Below, in pieces: positions 10,661 through 20,541 of a DNA stretch of 64,000 nt. Below the pieces are notes generated by a model. It did no database searches and had not been told where the DNA came from. It saw only the letters and a program-made list of their open reading frames with translations. The position numbers and the translations under genes were made by a program. Numbering within the stretch: position 1 is the first letter of the stretch; every line of letters starts with the position of its first letter. Location: positions 1,120,001 to 1,184,000 of the forward strand of contig CBDFLJ010000001.1 in assembly GCA_965248835.1 (NCBI GenBank), written 5' to 3'. This DNA is from Alphaproteobacteria bacterium. Its GTDB lineage: Bacteria > Pseudomonadota > Alphaproteobacteria > MPNO01.

Positions 10661-11506
10661 TCAGCCCTCGCGCACGCGGGCGCTTTCGTGCCAGTGGCGC
10701 AGCGCCGCGTTCTGCAGCCAGGTCAGCGCGGCAAAAATCGCGATGCCGGCCAGTGAGATCAGGAACAGGGCCGCGAACATGCGCGGAATGTTGAGACGAT
10801 AGCCCGATTCGAGGATCCGGTAGGCAAGCCCCGATTCCGTCCCCCCGGTCCCGGCGACGAACTCCGCGACCACCGCGCCGATCAGGGCGAGCCCGCCGGC
10901 GATCCGGAGCGAGGACAGGTAATAGGGCATCGCCGCGGGCAACCGGAGCTGCCAGAGGATCTGCTTGCGACTGGCACCGTAGAGTTCGAACAACTCGAGC
11001 AGGTTGTGATCGGCGCTGTTGAGCCCGAGCGTCGTGTTGGCCACGACCGGGAAGAACGCCACGATCCAGGCGCAGACCACCAGCGATGCCTCGATGTCCT
11101 TGACCCAGATAATGATCAGCGGCGCGATGGCGACCACCGGCGTGACCTGCAGGATCACCGCATAGGGGAACAGGCTTGCCTCGATCCATTTCGACCGGGC
11201 GAAGACGACCGCGATCCCGAGCCCGCCGAACGCGGCCAGCAGGAATGCCGCGATCGTTGTCTGCAGCGTGCTCAAGAGCGAGCCGAACAGGGTCCGCCAA
11301 TCGCTGAGCAGGGTCTCGACGATCAGGAGCGGGCCGGGAAGGACGTAGTGCTTGACCTCGAAGAAACCGACCGCTGCTTCCCAGCCGATCAGGAACATCA
11401 GGCCGACCAGGACGGGTGCCAGACGGCGACTCATGCGGCCGGACGCCGCGCCATCGGCGGCGGACTGCCCCTGTGGCTGGGCGAAATGCTCCGATGTGTC
11501 TGACAT
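10661..11506 (-). CDS. ABC transporter permease, NitT/TauT family
   Basis: LQVTPVVAIAPL, LRLPAAMP, IGAVVAEF motifs; membrane-spanning pattern. Confidence 0.9.
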   Translation of the reverse strand: MSDTSEHFAQPQGQSAADGAASGRMSRRLAPVLVGLMFLIGWEAAVGFFEVKHYVLPGPLLIVETLLSDWRTLFGSLLSTLQTTIAAFLLAAFGGLGIAVVFARSKWIEASLFPYAVILQVTPVVAIAPLIIIWVKDIEASLVVCAWIVAFFPVVANTTLGLNSADHNLLELFELYGASRKQILWQLRLPAAMPYYLSSLRIAGGLALIGAVVAEFVAGTGGTESGLAYRILESGYRLNIPRMFAALFLISLAGIAIFAALTWLQNAALRHWHESARVREG

Positions 11507-11561
11507 GATGTCCGGTCGGCGCCGATATAGCCTTGGCAAGCCATGGAACACAACGCCGGCG

Positions 11562-12251
11562 TCAGGCGAAGGCGAAGCGTTGTCTCAGCAGGAACGGCGA
11601 ATCGGTCGTGTCCTGCTCGAACAGGCAGATCCCATCGAGTGTGACCGAGCAGAGACCGGCCGTTGCGAAGAGGTCCGCCAGCGCCGCTGCGGCGCGTGCC
11701 CGCTCCTCGGCGGCAAGCCGGCCGGTCAGGGTCATGTGGAACCGGAACGCCTCCAGGACGTACGGGTAGCCCCATTGGGCGAGGTTCCGCTCTTGCGCGC
11801 CGGTCAGCCCTGACGGTCGGCTGTCGGCGCGCTCGGCACCGTCCATCGGGCTGCGGAACCGATCGAAGCGGCGCAGGCAGTCTTCGGCCAGACGGTCTAT
11901 TTCCGGGCAGGCCCGCGTGCAGGTCAACGCCAGGAACCCGCCCAGAGCGGTGACCGCAAGCGGCGGCAGGACGATCGCGGTGCGTTCGCGGGCAAACGCG
12001 GCCAGGGCCGCGATCAGCGCCGCTTCCCGGCAGCCCGGCGCCATCCGAAAGGGCGGCTTCAGGGTTGCATGGAAGCCGTAGTGGCGCGGCGCCTCGGTGA
12101 TCTCCGCGCACCGGGCGGCGCTGAACCCGGCGAGCGCGGACCGTGCCAGCGCCGCCCCGCTCGCCGGATCGCGCCCGAGCCACGCGTTGGCCACCTGCCA
12201 CAGCGCGCCGTCCGCGCGCGGGGCGGCATAGATCGCAAAGCGCCGGGCCAT
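11562..12251 (-). CDS. DUF1045 family protein (2H-phosphoesterase-like, phosphonate-associated)
   Basis: RFAIYAAP, YGFHATLKPPF, WGYPYV, FRFHMTLTG (two HxT motifs). Confidence 0.85.
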   Translation of the reverse strand: MARRFAIYAAPRADGALWQVANAWLGRDPASGAALARSALAGFSAARCAEITEAPRHYGFHATLKPPFRMAPGCREAALIAALAAFARERTAIVLPPLAVTALGGFLALTCTRACPEIDRLAEDCLRRFDRFRSPMDGAERADSRPSGLTGAQERNLAQWGYPYVLEAFRFHMTLTGRLAAEERARAAAALADLFATAGLCSVTLDGICLFEQDTTDSPFLLRQRFAFA

Positions 12252-12261
12252 GGCGGGCCGG

Positions 12262-13149
12262 CTATCGCTCGATCCCCGCCAGGCGTTCGAGGACGGCGCA
12301 GACCGCGGCGGTGTCCTTGGCCTCCAGGCCCTGCGCGAGCGCGTCGCGGTAGACCTGGCCCGAGGCCTCGAACAGCGGGACGGTGCAGCCGAGCCCAGCG
12401 GCGAACGCACCGATGATCTGCATGTCCTTTTGCCACAGGCCGATCGACATGGTGGCCGGGTCGTAGTCGTTGGCCGCCATCATCGGCCCGCGCACCTCGA
12501 ACACGCGCGAGGTCCCGGCGCCGGCGCCGATCACGTCGAGAATCTGCTGCGGCGCGAGCCCCGCCTTGATGCCCAGCACCATTGCCTCGGCCGCGGCCAC
12601 GTTGTGGATCGCGACCAGGAGGTTGGCGACAAACTTCATCCGGCTGCCGTTGCCGAACGGGCCGACATCGAAATGCAGGCGGCTGAAACCGTCGAACACA
12701 TCGGCGCAGCGGGCGATCGCCGCGCTGTCGCCGCTGGCATAGACCACCAGGTCCTTGACCGCGGCCTGGGACCCGGTGCCGCTGAGCGGGGTATCCAGCA
12801 GCACGATCCCGGCCTCGGCGAGGACCGCCCGGCCGCGCTCCTTCGCCTCGATCGGCAGCGTGCTGGTCTCGCATACGATCAGCCCGTCACGGGCCGAGGC
12901 GGCGAGCCCGTCGGCGCCGCCGGTCACGGCTTCGAAGGCCGCGACGCTGGGCAGCGAGGTGATGACGATCTCCGCCTGCTCGGCCACCGCGCGCGGGCTC
13001 GCCGCGATCCTTCCGCCAAGCGCGGCAAGCGCCGCCTCTCGGTCGGCCGAAGGATCGCGGCCGATGACCGGGAACCCCGCCGCGATCAGGTTCTTCGCCA
13101 TCGCCCCGCCCATCGTGCCTGCGCCGATCACGCCGACGGTTCCCGTCAT
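12262..13149 (-). CDS. 3-hydroxyisobutyrate dehydrogenase family NAD(P)-dependent oxidoreductase
   Basis: GVIGAGTMG Rossmann motif, DTPLSG, MKFVAN catalytic Lys, KDM. Confidence 0.9.
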   Translation of the reverse strand: MTGTVGVIGAGTMGGAMAKNLIAAGFPVIGRDPSADREAALAALGGRIAASPRAVAEQAEIVITSLPSVAAFEAVTGGADGLAASARDGLIVCETSTLPIEAKERGRAVLAEAGIVLLDTPLSGTGSQAAVKDLVVYASGDSAAIARCADVFDGFSRLHFDVGPFGNGSRMKFVANLLVAIHNVAAAEAMVLGIKAGLAPQQILDVIGAGAGTSRVFEVRGPMMAANDYDPATMSIGLWQKDMQIIGAFAAGLGCTVPLFEASGQVYRDALAQGLEAKDTAAVCAVLERLAGIER

Positions 13150-13222
13150 CCCCAGCCCTCCGATTGCCGTGCCGCTGTGTGCTATAAGCCGGGGCAGGAT
13201 AACCAGCCCGGGCGGGGAGGTC

Positions 13223-15571
13223 ATGGCGAATACGGGAACGCATCCGGGCCAGGGCGTCGGCGCGGCGATCCCGCGCAAGGAGGATGCGCGGCTGATGCGC
13301 GGGCGCGGCCGCTATGTCGGCGACTTCGCCCTGCCCGGCCAGCTCGAAATCGCCTTCCTCAGGAGTCCCGTGGCGCACGCCCATATCCGCGGGATCGAAA
13401 TTCCCGATGAGATTCGCGAGCAGGTGTTCGTCCACGACGACCTCGCCGGCGTGCAGCCGATCCGCGCGGTTTCCGGCCTGCCGGGCTTCAAGCCGTCCGA
13501 CCAGCCGGTTCTCGCCCTGCACAAGGTCCGTCAGGTGGGTGAGATGATCGCGATGTGCGCGGCCGAGACTCGCGCCGAGGCGGAGGATCTGTGCGATCGG
13601 ATCACCGTCGACTTCGAGGCGCTGCCCGCGGTCACCGACATGAGGAAGGCGCGCGATGACCAGGCACCGCTGGTCCACGAACCGTGGGGCGACAACGTCT
13701 TTCTCGAGACCTTGGTCGACGGCGACATCGGCCCGGCCGCCGCCGCCGCCGCGGTCACCGTCACCCGGCGCGTGCGGACCGCGCGTCAGTGCATGGCGCC
13801 GCTCGAGGGCAAGGGCGTGCTGGCCGAATGGGACGGCAGGCTGCGCCAGCTCGTGGTCACCTCCGCCACCCAGCTCCCGCACATCGTCCGCACCGGCCTC
13901 GCGGAATGCCTCGGGCTCGATCAGGCGAGCGTCCGGGTGATCGCGCCCGATGTCGGCGGCGGGTTCGGCTACAAGGGTATCCTCGCACCGGAGGAGATCT
14001 GCGTGGCCTGGCTCGCCCGGCATCTGGAGCGGCCGGTTCGCTGGCTGGAGGATCGGCGCGAGCACCTGACCGCCAACGCCAATTGCCGCGAGCACGATTA
14101 CCTGATCACCGGCTATGCCGACGCCCGCGGCAGGCTGCTTGCGCTCGAAGCCGAGGCGATCGTCGATGCCGGAGCCTATTCGGCCTATCCGTTCTCGGCC
14201 TGCCTGGAGGCGGCTCAGGTCGCCTCCATCCTGCCCGGGCCCTACGTGTTCGATGCCTATCGCTGCCGCACCTATTCCATCGCCTCGAACAAGCCGCCGA
14301 TCCTGCCTTTCCGCGGTGTGGCGCGCACCGGGGTTTGCTTTGCCTTGGAGCTGGTGATCGATGCCATCGCGCGCGCGGTCGGACGCGAGCCGCACGAGGT
14401 CCGGCTCGACAATCTGGTCAAGCCCGAAGCGATGCCGTTCGACAACATCACCGCCAAGCATTTCGACAGCGGCGACTATCCCGAATGCGTCAGGCGCACG
14501 GCCGCGGCGATCGCGGTGCCCGCAGTCCGCGCACGCCAGCGCGCCGGCGAGCCGGACGGACGGCGCATCGGCCTCGGCTTCTCGATCTTCTGCGAGCAGG
14601 CCGCCCACGGCACCTCGGTCTATTCCGGCTGGGGCATCCCGATGGTCCCGGGCTTCGAGCAGGCCGGCGCCCGGCTCACCGCCGACGGCAAGCTGGAGCT
14701 CCGGGTCGGCGTGCACAGCCACGGCCAGGGGCTGGAGACCACCCTCGCCCAGGTCGCCCACGAGGAGCTCGGCATCGATACCGACGATGTCCGGGTGGTG
14801 CTGGGCGATACCGCCTATACGCCGTACTCGACCGGCACCTGGGGGTCGCGCTGCATGGTGATGGCCGGCGGTGCGGTCGCCGAGGCATGCCGGCTGATGG
14901 CCGGCCGCATCAAGAGCATCGGCGCGACGCTCCTGCAGGTCCCGGTGTCCGAGGTCCGGCTGGCAGAGGGGCGCGTGGACGGCCCGTCAGGCAGCGTCAC
15001 CTTGGCCGAAGTGGGAAAAACCTGGTACCTGCGCCCGCAGGATCTGGCCGAGGACACCGATCCGCAAGGGCTTGAGGTGACCGGCGGCTACAAGCCGGTC
15101 CGCGATTCCGGGACCTTCAGCTATGCCTGCCACGCCGTGGTCCTCGCCGTCGATACCGCGACGGGAGAGGTCGAGATCCTCGACTACGCGATCTGCGAGG
15201 ACGGCGGGGTGCTGGTCAACCCGCTGATCGTCGACGGCCAGGTCCACGGTGGCACCGGCCAGGGCATCGGCACCGCGCTCTACGAGGAGATGCCCTATGC
15301 CGCGGACGGCCAGCCGATGGCGCCGACCCTGGCCGACTATCTGTTGCCCGGCCCAACCGAGATCCCGGCAGTCCGCATCGACCACATGCAGACCCCTTCG
15401 CCCTACACCACCTTCGGCCAGAAGGGGATCGGCGAGGGCGGAGCGATCGGCCCGCCGGCGGCGATCGCCAACGCCGTCAACGACGCGCTGGCGCCTCTGG
15501 GGGTCGAGATAAGCGAGTGCCCGATCACCCCGCGCCGGCTTCTGGCGGCGATCCAGGCGGCGGCGGGCTGA
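13223..15571 (+). CDS. Second xanthine dehydrogenase family molybdopterin-binding large subunit
   Basis: RKEDARLMRG, DVGGGFGYK, HGQG, GTWGSR, KGIGEG; loop PFRGVAR; GGAGG RBS. Confidence 0.92.
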   Translation: MANTGTHPGQGVGAAIPRKEDARLMRGRGRYVGDFALPGQLEIAFLRSPVAHAHIRGIEIPDEIREQVFVHDDLAGVQPIRAVSGLPGFKPSDQPVLALHKVRQVGEMIAMCAAETRAEAEDLCDRITVDFEALPAVTDMRKARDDQAPLVHEPWGDNVFLETLVDGDIGPAAAAAAVTVTRRVRTARQCMAPLEGKGVLAEWDGRLRQLVVTSATQLPHIVRTGLAECLGLDQASVRVIAPDVGGGFGYKGILAPEEICVAWLARHLERPVRWLEDRREHLTANANCREHDYLITGYADARGRLLALEAEAIVDAGAYSAYPFSACLEAAQVASILPGPYVFDAYRCRTYSIASNKPPILPFRGVARTGVCFALELVIDAIARAVGREPHEVRLDNLVKPEAMPFDNITAKHFDSGDYPECVRRTAAAIAVPAVRARQRAGEPDGRRIGLGFSIFCEQAAHGTSVYSGWGIPMVPGFEQAGARLTADGKLELRVGVHSHGQGLETTLAQVAHEELGIDTDDVRVVLGDTAYTPYSTGTWGSRCMVMAGGAVAEACRLMAGRIKSIGATLLQVPVSEVRLAEGRVDGPSGSVTLAEVGKTWYLRPQDLAEDTDPQGLEVTGGYKPVRDSGTFSYACHAVVLAVDTATGEVEILDYAICEDGGVLVNPLIVDGQVHGGTGQGIGTALYEEMPYAADGQPMAPTLADYLLPGPTEIPAVRIDHMQTPSPYTTFGQKGIGEGGAIGPPAAIANAVNDALAPLGVEISECPITPRRLLAAIQAAAG

Positions 15572-15581
15572 GCGGGTCCGC

Positions 15582-17033
15582 TCAGCGGCCGGAGAAACCC
15601 TTCAAGCAGGAAGCGGCCTCGCCATTGCCGAAATCGGCAAAGGCGAGGATCGCGGCCGGCGGAAAAACGACCGCCCCTAGCAGCCGGCCGAGACGGGCGA
15701 CGGCGCCGAGCGCGTCCGGGCGGACGGTCGGTCGCCCGAGGCTGCCGCTGATCCTGATCGGGACCGCAACATTCAGGGTGGGCGATTTCGCCCGCGGCGT
15801 GAGCTTCATCTCGATCCGATCCTTGGCGAGGTCGATCTTACCCTCCCCGGTCACGGTCGATGCGCCCGTGTCGACAAGCAAGAGCTTGTGAGTCCCGACC
15901 CCCTTGTCGAAGACGACCCGGCTGACGGCGCAGTTGAGCGCCGACCATTCGCTGTCCTTTTCGAACAAAGAGCCGAGCACGGTGGTCAGACCGCCAACAG
16001 CGAGGTCGAGCGCTTGTGCCTTGATCCTGCCGTTGCCGACGAAAAGCTTCGATTCGCCGGCGAGACTCGCGGCCATCTCGGCGGCCGAGCGGCCGCGGGA
16101 GGTCAGCCGCAGATCGATGCTGCCTTCGGCGACGACCAACTGGCCGGCGCCGGCTTCCTGGGCGAGCCGGCCGATTTCAATCCCGTTGCCCCGCAGATCG
16201 AAAGATGCCGTGGCGCTTTCGCCGTCCGGGCCGAACATAAGCGCCCCGGCGATCTTGCCGCCGCCAAGATCGAAGGAAAGCGGCGCAACGTCGAGCCGCC
16301 CGTCCTTGAGGCTGATCGTCGCCGCAAAATCCCGAAATACGGCCGAGGGCGTCTCCAAGGCGCCCAGTTCGACCGTGGCCTCGACGGCAAGGCCGGCAAG
16401 CGCATCGAGCGGCAGCGGTGTGGCGGGGAAGAGCTTGGCCGAAGGCGCCGTTGGCTTCGGCTTTCCGAGCGGTCGGAGCGCCAACCGGCTTGCCTTCACG
16501 GCCGCGCGGACCACGCCGCGCTCGGTCTCGGCTTCCAGCTTCTCGACCACGAGATCAAGTGCCAGCTCCTTCGAGCGATAGACGATCCGCGCGTTTTCGA
16601 CGATCACGAAGCCCGGCATCGGCGGCGGCTCCGTCGACGCGGCGCCGACGCCAAGCAGCCAGTTGTTCCCGCCATCCTTGCCCTCTTCAAGGGCAAGATC
16701 GAGGTCCTTCAGGACAACTTGCCGGACGGTGAAGTCGCCACCGAGCGCGGCAAGCAGGTCGAAGCGCAGCTCGAGATAGGCAAGGCGGGCCAAGGCGGGA
16801 GCCACCCCGCCCGCGGAATTCGCGATCCGGATGTGGCGCGCGCGCACCGTCGTCTTGCGCCCGAGATCGAGGGCCAGCGGCCCGTCGAGGGTGACCGTCC
16901 TGCCAAGCGCGGCGGAGGCCTCCGCCGCAATCTCCTCGCGCCAGTCGTCGATGGCGAACGCGGTGAAGAACAACCCGGCCGCGATGACCACGACGGCGAC
17001 GGCCGCAGCCAGGACATGGACGGCCCTTTTCAT
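15582..17033 (-). CDS. AsmA family protein
   Basis: N-terminal TM anchor, ALGRTVTLDG, beta-rich body, C-terminal LNCAV...GEGKIDL...VPIRISGSL..P. Confidence 0.8.
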   Translation of the reverse strand: MKRAVHVLAAAVAVVVIAAGLFFTAFAIDDWREEIAAEASAALGRTVTLDGPLALDLGRKTTVRARHIRIANSAGGVAPALARLAYLELRFDLLAALGGDFTVRQVVLKDLDLALEEGKDGGNNWLLGVGAASTEPPPMPGFVIVENARIVYRSKELALDLVVEKLEAETERGVVRAAVKASRLALRPLGKPKPTAPSAKLFPATPLPLDALAGLAVEATVELGALETPSAVFRDFAATISLKDGRLDVAPLSFDLGGGKIAGALMFGPDGESATASFDLRGNGIEIGRLAQEAGAGQLVVAEGSIDLRLTSRGRSAAEMAASLAGESKLFVGNGRIKAQALDLAVGGLTTVLGSLFEKDSEWSALNCAVSRVVFDKGVGTHKLLLVDTGASTVTGEGKIDLAKDRIEMKLTPRAKSPTLNVAVPIRISGSLGRPTVRPDALGAVARLGRLLGAVVFPPAAILAFADFGNGEAASCLKGFSGR

Positions 17034-17055
17034 AGAGCTGCACCCCGGCGCGCCG

Positions 17056-17643
17056 TCACAGGATGATCGAGGGGTTGCGGATGTTCTGGTCGCGGTCGAT
17101 CAGGTTGACCTGCTTGACCAGCACCTCCCAGCCGGCGCCCCGGCGGCGCAGCCGATGGCCGGCCCAGCCCGACCACAGGCGCGTCTCGCCCGCCCGGAAC
17201 TCGCTGATGAAAACGTTCGAACGCATCATGACGATCGCCGGATCATCGGTCTCGTAGGCCTCGATATTGGAGACCAGCCGCACCGTGCGCGAGGCTGGTG
17301 CCTGGGACCAGGCGATCCCGGTGCCGAGGCGGTAGATCCGATCCTCCAGCCGCCTGCGGTCGTCGAATGCGATGGCGACCTCGCGCCTGGGATCGCCGCC
17401 CGACACGGTGCCCGGCACCCAATAGGCGCATTCGCCGGCATAGAGCGCGAGCCAGTCATCGAGGCGGTTCTCGTCGAGCATCCGCGCCTCGCGCTCGAGC
17501 ACGCGGCGCAGCGTGTCGCGCACGCCGGGGTCGGTGATCTCCCGATCCTCGCGCCGCCAGTTGGCGAAGGCCTCGATCAGCATGTCGTAATAGTCGTTGC
17601 TGACGTAATAGGACGACCGCGACGGATCGGGGCTCTCGGGCAT
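17056..17643 (-). CDS. Ring-hydroxylating dioxygenase beta subunit (aniline dioxygenase TdnA2/AtdA4-like)
   Basis: REARMLDE..LDDWL, YWVP, DRIYRL, RTVRLVSN; directly downstream of an alpha subunit. Confidence 0.88.
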   Translation of the reverse strand: MPESPDPSRSSYYVSNDYYDMLIEAFANWRREDREITDPGVRDTLRRVLEREARMLDENRLDDWLALYAGECAYWVPGTVSGGDPRREVAIAFDDRRRLEDRIYRLGTGIAWSQAPASRTVRLVSNIEAYETDDPAIVMMRSNVFISEFRAGETRLWSGWAGHRLRRRGAGWEVLVKQVNLIDRDQNIRNPSIIL

Positions 17644-17651
17644 GGTCCGGC

Positions 17652-19013
17652 TCACGGCGCCCGCTTGACGGCGATGCGCGGGTCGGCGGTCATCAAGCGC
17701 TTCCAGACCTTGGTGTGCTCGCGCATGAAGACCTCGTCGGTCGAGGGGCCGGTGATCACCCCGCGCGCATCGACCTCGATGCGGCCGGGCAGGCCGAGTC
17801 CGCGGTGCATGTAGACCCATTCGTCCTCCTCGGCGGCGAGCCCGACCTGGATCTGCTCGAAGTTCGCCAGGTCGTCGACCTCGCCGAAATTCGGGAAGGA
17901 TTCCTGGGTGCGCATCCTGAGCGCGTTGATGTCATCGACGGTGCCCTCCAGCACGCCGTCCTCGTCGATGACCGCGGTGCCGTACCAGGTCGTGTCGGTC
18001 TCGTCGACCGAGACCGGATGGGAGACCTGGATGTGGTTGCCGAGGATGTGGAGGTTGGGAAAGACGTTGATGTTGACCGGCTCGGAGGAGGCCAGATCGA
18101 GCGCGTAGTCGGCCTTCTCGCCCAGCCTCTGGCGCAGCGAGGCCTCGAAATGCTCCATGCCCGGGTGGGGTCCCTCGATCTCCCACAGCGCGCCCGGCCG
18201 ATCCTCGACATTGGGCCGCTTGTCCTTGTAGTGGTGGCCGTTGGCGTAGCACTGGACATACATCGCCGCATCGTCCGGACTGCCGCGGTAGAACGCCATG
18301 CCCTTGTCGCCGTCCTCGACCATGCGGTTCTCCATCGCCAGCAGCGACTGGTGGGAGAACAGCACGTGGTAGCCGTCGGCCGAGTTGTCGTAGAGCAGCT
18401 TCCAGTTGCCCTTGAACTTCAGCCGGTTGGCCTCGCACAGCGCGATCCTGCCGCCGGGATGGCGGTCGAGCCATTCGTCGATCGGCCGCGCCACCGGGCC
18501 GAGATACGCGGTCAGCGGCGGCGCATCGAGGTTGAGCGTGCCGAAGATGAACCCGCGATAGGACTCGACCCGCGGCACCTGGGCGAGGTTGAACTTGTCC
18601 TCGCTGAAATCGGTCGCGTAGCCCTCCGCCCACGGCACGCCCTGGATCTTGCCGGAATTGAAAAAGCTCCAGCCGTGATAGCCGCACATGAACGACTTCG
18701 CCTTGCCCCGGTCCTGGCGGCAGACGGTCGAGCCGCGATGGGTGCAGCGGTTGTAGAGCGCGCGGATCACCCCCCGGGAATCGCGGACCAGGATGATCGG
18801 CCGCAGACCGAGTCGGGTCCGCACGAAGTCGTCGTTCTCCGGGATCTGGCTCTCGTGGCCCAGAAAGACCCAGACCGCGCCGAAGATCCTGGTCATTTCC
18901 TCGCGGAAGATCGCCGGGTCGGTGTAAAGCAGCCGGTGGACCCGGTCCTCGTGGACCAGCGCCTCGTAGTCGTAGCAAGGTGCCCCGTTGGGCAAGCCTT
19001 CGGTCCTGTTCAT
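17652..19013 (-). CDS. Rieske ring-hydroxylating dioxygenase alpha subunit (aniline dioxygenase TdnA1/AtdA3-like)
   Basis: Rieske motif CTH...CGYH; mononuclear Fe motif DGYHVLFSH and EVDD; follows a TdnQ-like gene. Confidence 0.9.
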   Translation of the reverse strand: MNRTEGLPNGAPCYDYEALVHEDRVHRLLYTDPAIFREEMTRIFGAVWVFLGHESQIPENDDFVRTRLGLRPIILVRDSRGVIRALYNRCTHRGSTVCRQDRGKAKSFMCGYHGWSFFNSGKIQGVPWAEGYATDFSEDKFNLAQVPRVESYRGFIFGTLNLDAPPLTAYLGPVARPIDEWLDRHPGGRIALCEANRLKFKGNWKLLYDNSADGYHVLFSHQSLLAMENRMVEDGDKGMAFYRGSPDDAAMYVQCYANGHHYKDKRPNVEDRPGALWEIEGPHPGMEHFEASLRQRLGEKADYALDLASSEPVNINVFPNLHILGNHIQVSHPVSVDETDTTWYGTAVIDEDGVLEGTVDDINALRMRTQESFPNFGEVDDLANFEQIQVGLAAEEDEWVYMHRGLGLPGRIEVDARGVITGPSTDEVFMREHTKVWKRLMTADPRIAVKRAP

Positions 19014-19046
19014 GACCTTCTGCTCCTCGGTTGGGCCGCGCGGTGG

Positions 19047-20537
19047 TCAGAAGAAATCAAAATACTCGTTCTGCTCCCATTGGGTGACGCCGTTGATGCG
19101 CGCATCGCCCTCATTCTCGCAGGCCTGCCCGAAGCGGTCGATCTCGGCGCGCTTCAGGGCGATGAAATAGTCCACGAAACGGGCGCCGAACGCATCGCGA
19201 AAAACGCATGCGCCCTCCAGCAGCCCGATCGCCGCATCGAGCGAGTCCGGCAGCTTCGGCCGGTCGGCGCTATAGGGCTCATCATCGGCCGGCGGCGGGG
19301 CTAGGCCGCGCTCGATCCCGTCGAGCCCGGCCGCGATCTGCGAGGCGATGAACAGATAGGGGCTTGCCGCCGGCTCGGCCGCCCGGTTCTCCAGCCTCGT
19401 TGCCGGATCGCCCGGCCCGCCCAGGACGCGCACCATCGTTCCGCGGTTATCGAACCCCCAGCCAGCCCGGTCCGGCGCCAGCGAGTTCGGCCTGAACCGG
19501 CTGTAGCCGTTGACCGTGGGGGTGGCGAAGGAAGTGCCCGGTCCGGCATGGGCAATCAGCCCGGCGAGGAAGGACCGGCCCGACGGGCTGAGGAGCTCGG
19601 CGCCGTCATCGGGCGTGAACAGGTTGCGCCCGCTCTGCCGATCGGCGAGCGATTGGTGCAGGTGCCAGCCGCTGGCGAAGAACCCTTCGAAGGCCGGCCG
19701 GCACATGAAGCTCGCGAAATGGCCGAGCCGGCGGCACACCTGGCGGGTGGCGGTGCGGAAGAGCACGTAGTCATCGGCCGCGCGCATCGCCTCGTCGGCG
19801 GCAAAGGTGCATTCGACCTGGCCGGGGCCGAACTCGTTTTCGATCGAACGCAATCTCAGGCCGAGCGCCCGGTAGGTCCGGGCGAGCTCGCTCATGACCG
19901 GCTGCATGAGATCGAGATTGGTCTCGCAGTGATAGGCAAAGCCCGGCTCGGCCGGGGCCGTCGCGATCGGCCGGCCCGGCCGTCCCTGATGGGAGGTCTC
20001 GGCCGGGCCGATCCGGTCATCGAGGATCCGCGCCAGGTACCATTCGACCTCGAGCCCGACGATCAGCCGCATGGCGCGCGCCTCGAGGCGGGCGATCTGG
20101 CGTTTCAGCAGATGCCGGGTGGAGAACGGGAACGGGCTTCCGTCGCGGAAATACTCGTCGCCCAGGACCCAGCCGATCCCCGGCGCCCAGGGCAGGATCC
20201 GGAAGGTCAGCGGATCGGGCACGTAGACCAGATTGGGCGAGCCGGTCATTTCCTCGAGCCCCATCCCGCCGCCGCGGGTAAACGAGGAGAACACCCGGCC
20301 GCCGGAAGCATCGAGCGTCGCGCTGGCGACGTTGATGTTGTAGCCGTTGCGCAGCGCCTCGCCGAAGGCCGGCGGGCTCAGCGCCTTGGCTCTGGCGACA
20401 CCGTGGGTGTCCGCCCAGGCAACGCGGATCAGATGCAGATCCTCGCGCTCGATCAGGCGCGGCAGTTCGGCCGCGCGCGCGGCCTGCTCCTCGGTCCACA
20501 GGCCGTGGCGTTCGATGAACCCCGGGGTTTGCGCCAT
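19047..20537 (-). CDS. Glutamine-synthetase-like gamma-glutamyl ligase (TdnQ/AtdA1-like)
   Basis: GS motifs GLEVEWY, ENEFGPGQVE, SGWHLHQS, RLENR. N-terminus FIERHGLW and GSPNLVYVPDPLTFRILPWA match my recollection of TdnQ. Confidence 0.87.
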   Translation of the reverse strand: MAQTPGFIERHGLWTEEQAARAAELPRLIEREDLHLIRVAWADTHGVARAKALSPPAFGEALRNGYNINVASATLDASGGRVFSSFTRGGGMGLEEMTGSPNLVYVPDPLTFRILPWAPGIGWVLGDEYFRDGSPFPFSTRHLLKRQIARLEARAMRLIVGLEVEWYLARILDDRIGPAETSHQGRPGRPIATAPAEPGFAYHCETNLDLMQPVMSELARTYRALGLRLRSIENEFGPGQVECTFAADEAMRAADDYVLFRTATRQVCRRLGHFASFMCRPAFEGFFASGWHLHQSLADRQSGRNLFTPDDGAELLSPSGRSFLAGLIAHAGPGTSFATPTVNGYSRFRPNSLAPDRAGWGFDNRGTMVRVLGGPGDPATRLENRAAEPAASPYLFIASQIAAGLDGIERGLAPPPADDEPYSADRPKLPDSLDAAIGLLEGACVFRDAFGARFVDYFIALKRAEIDRFGQACENEGDARINGVTQWEQNEYFDFF

Positions 20538-20541
20538 CGCC

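Noticed and set aside
3976-15571. Aerobic CO dehydrogenase (coxL) call for the two Mo subunits
   Set aside because: Neither has the AYRCSFR Cu-binding loop, and no coxMS/DEFG genes are adjacent.
19047-20537. Housekeeping glutamine synthetase glnA
   Set aside because: The N-terminus and gene context match TdnQ-like gamma-glutamyl ligases; no glnB/ntr context.
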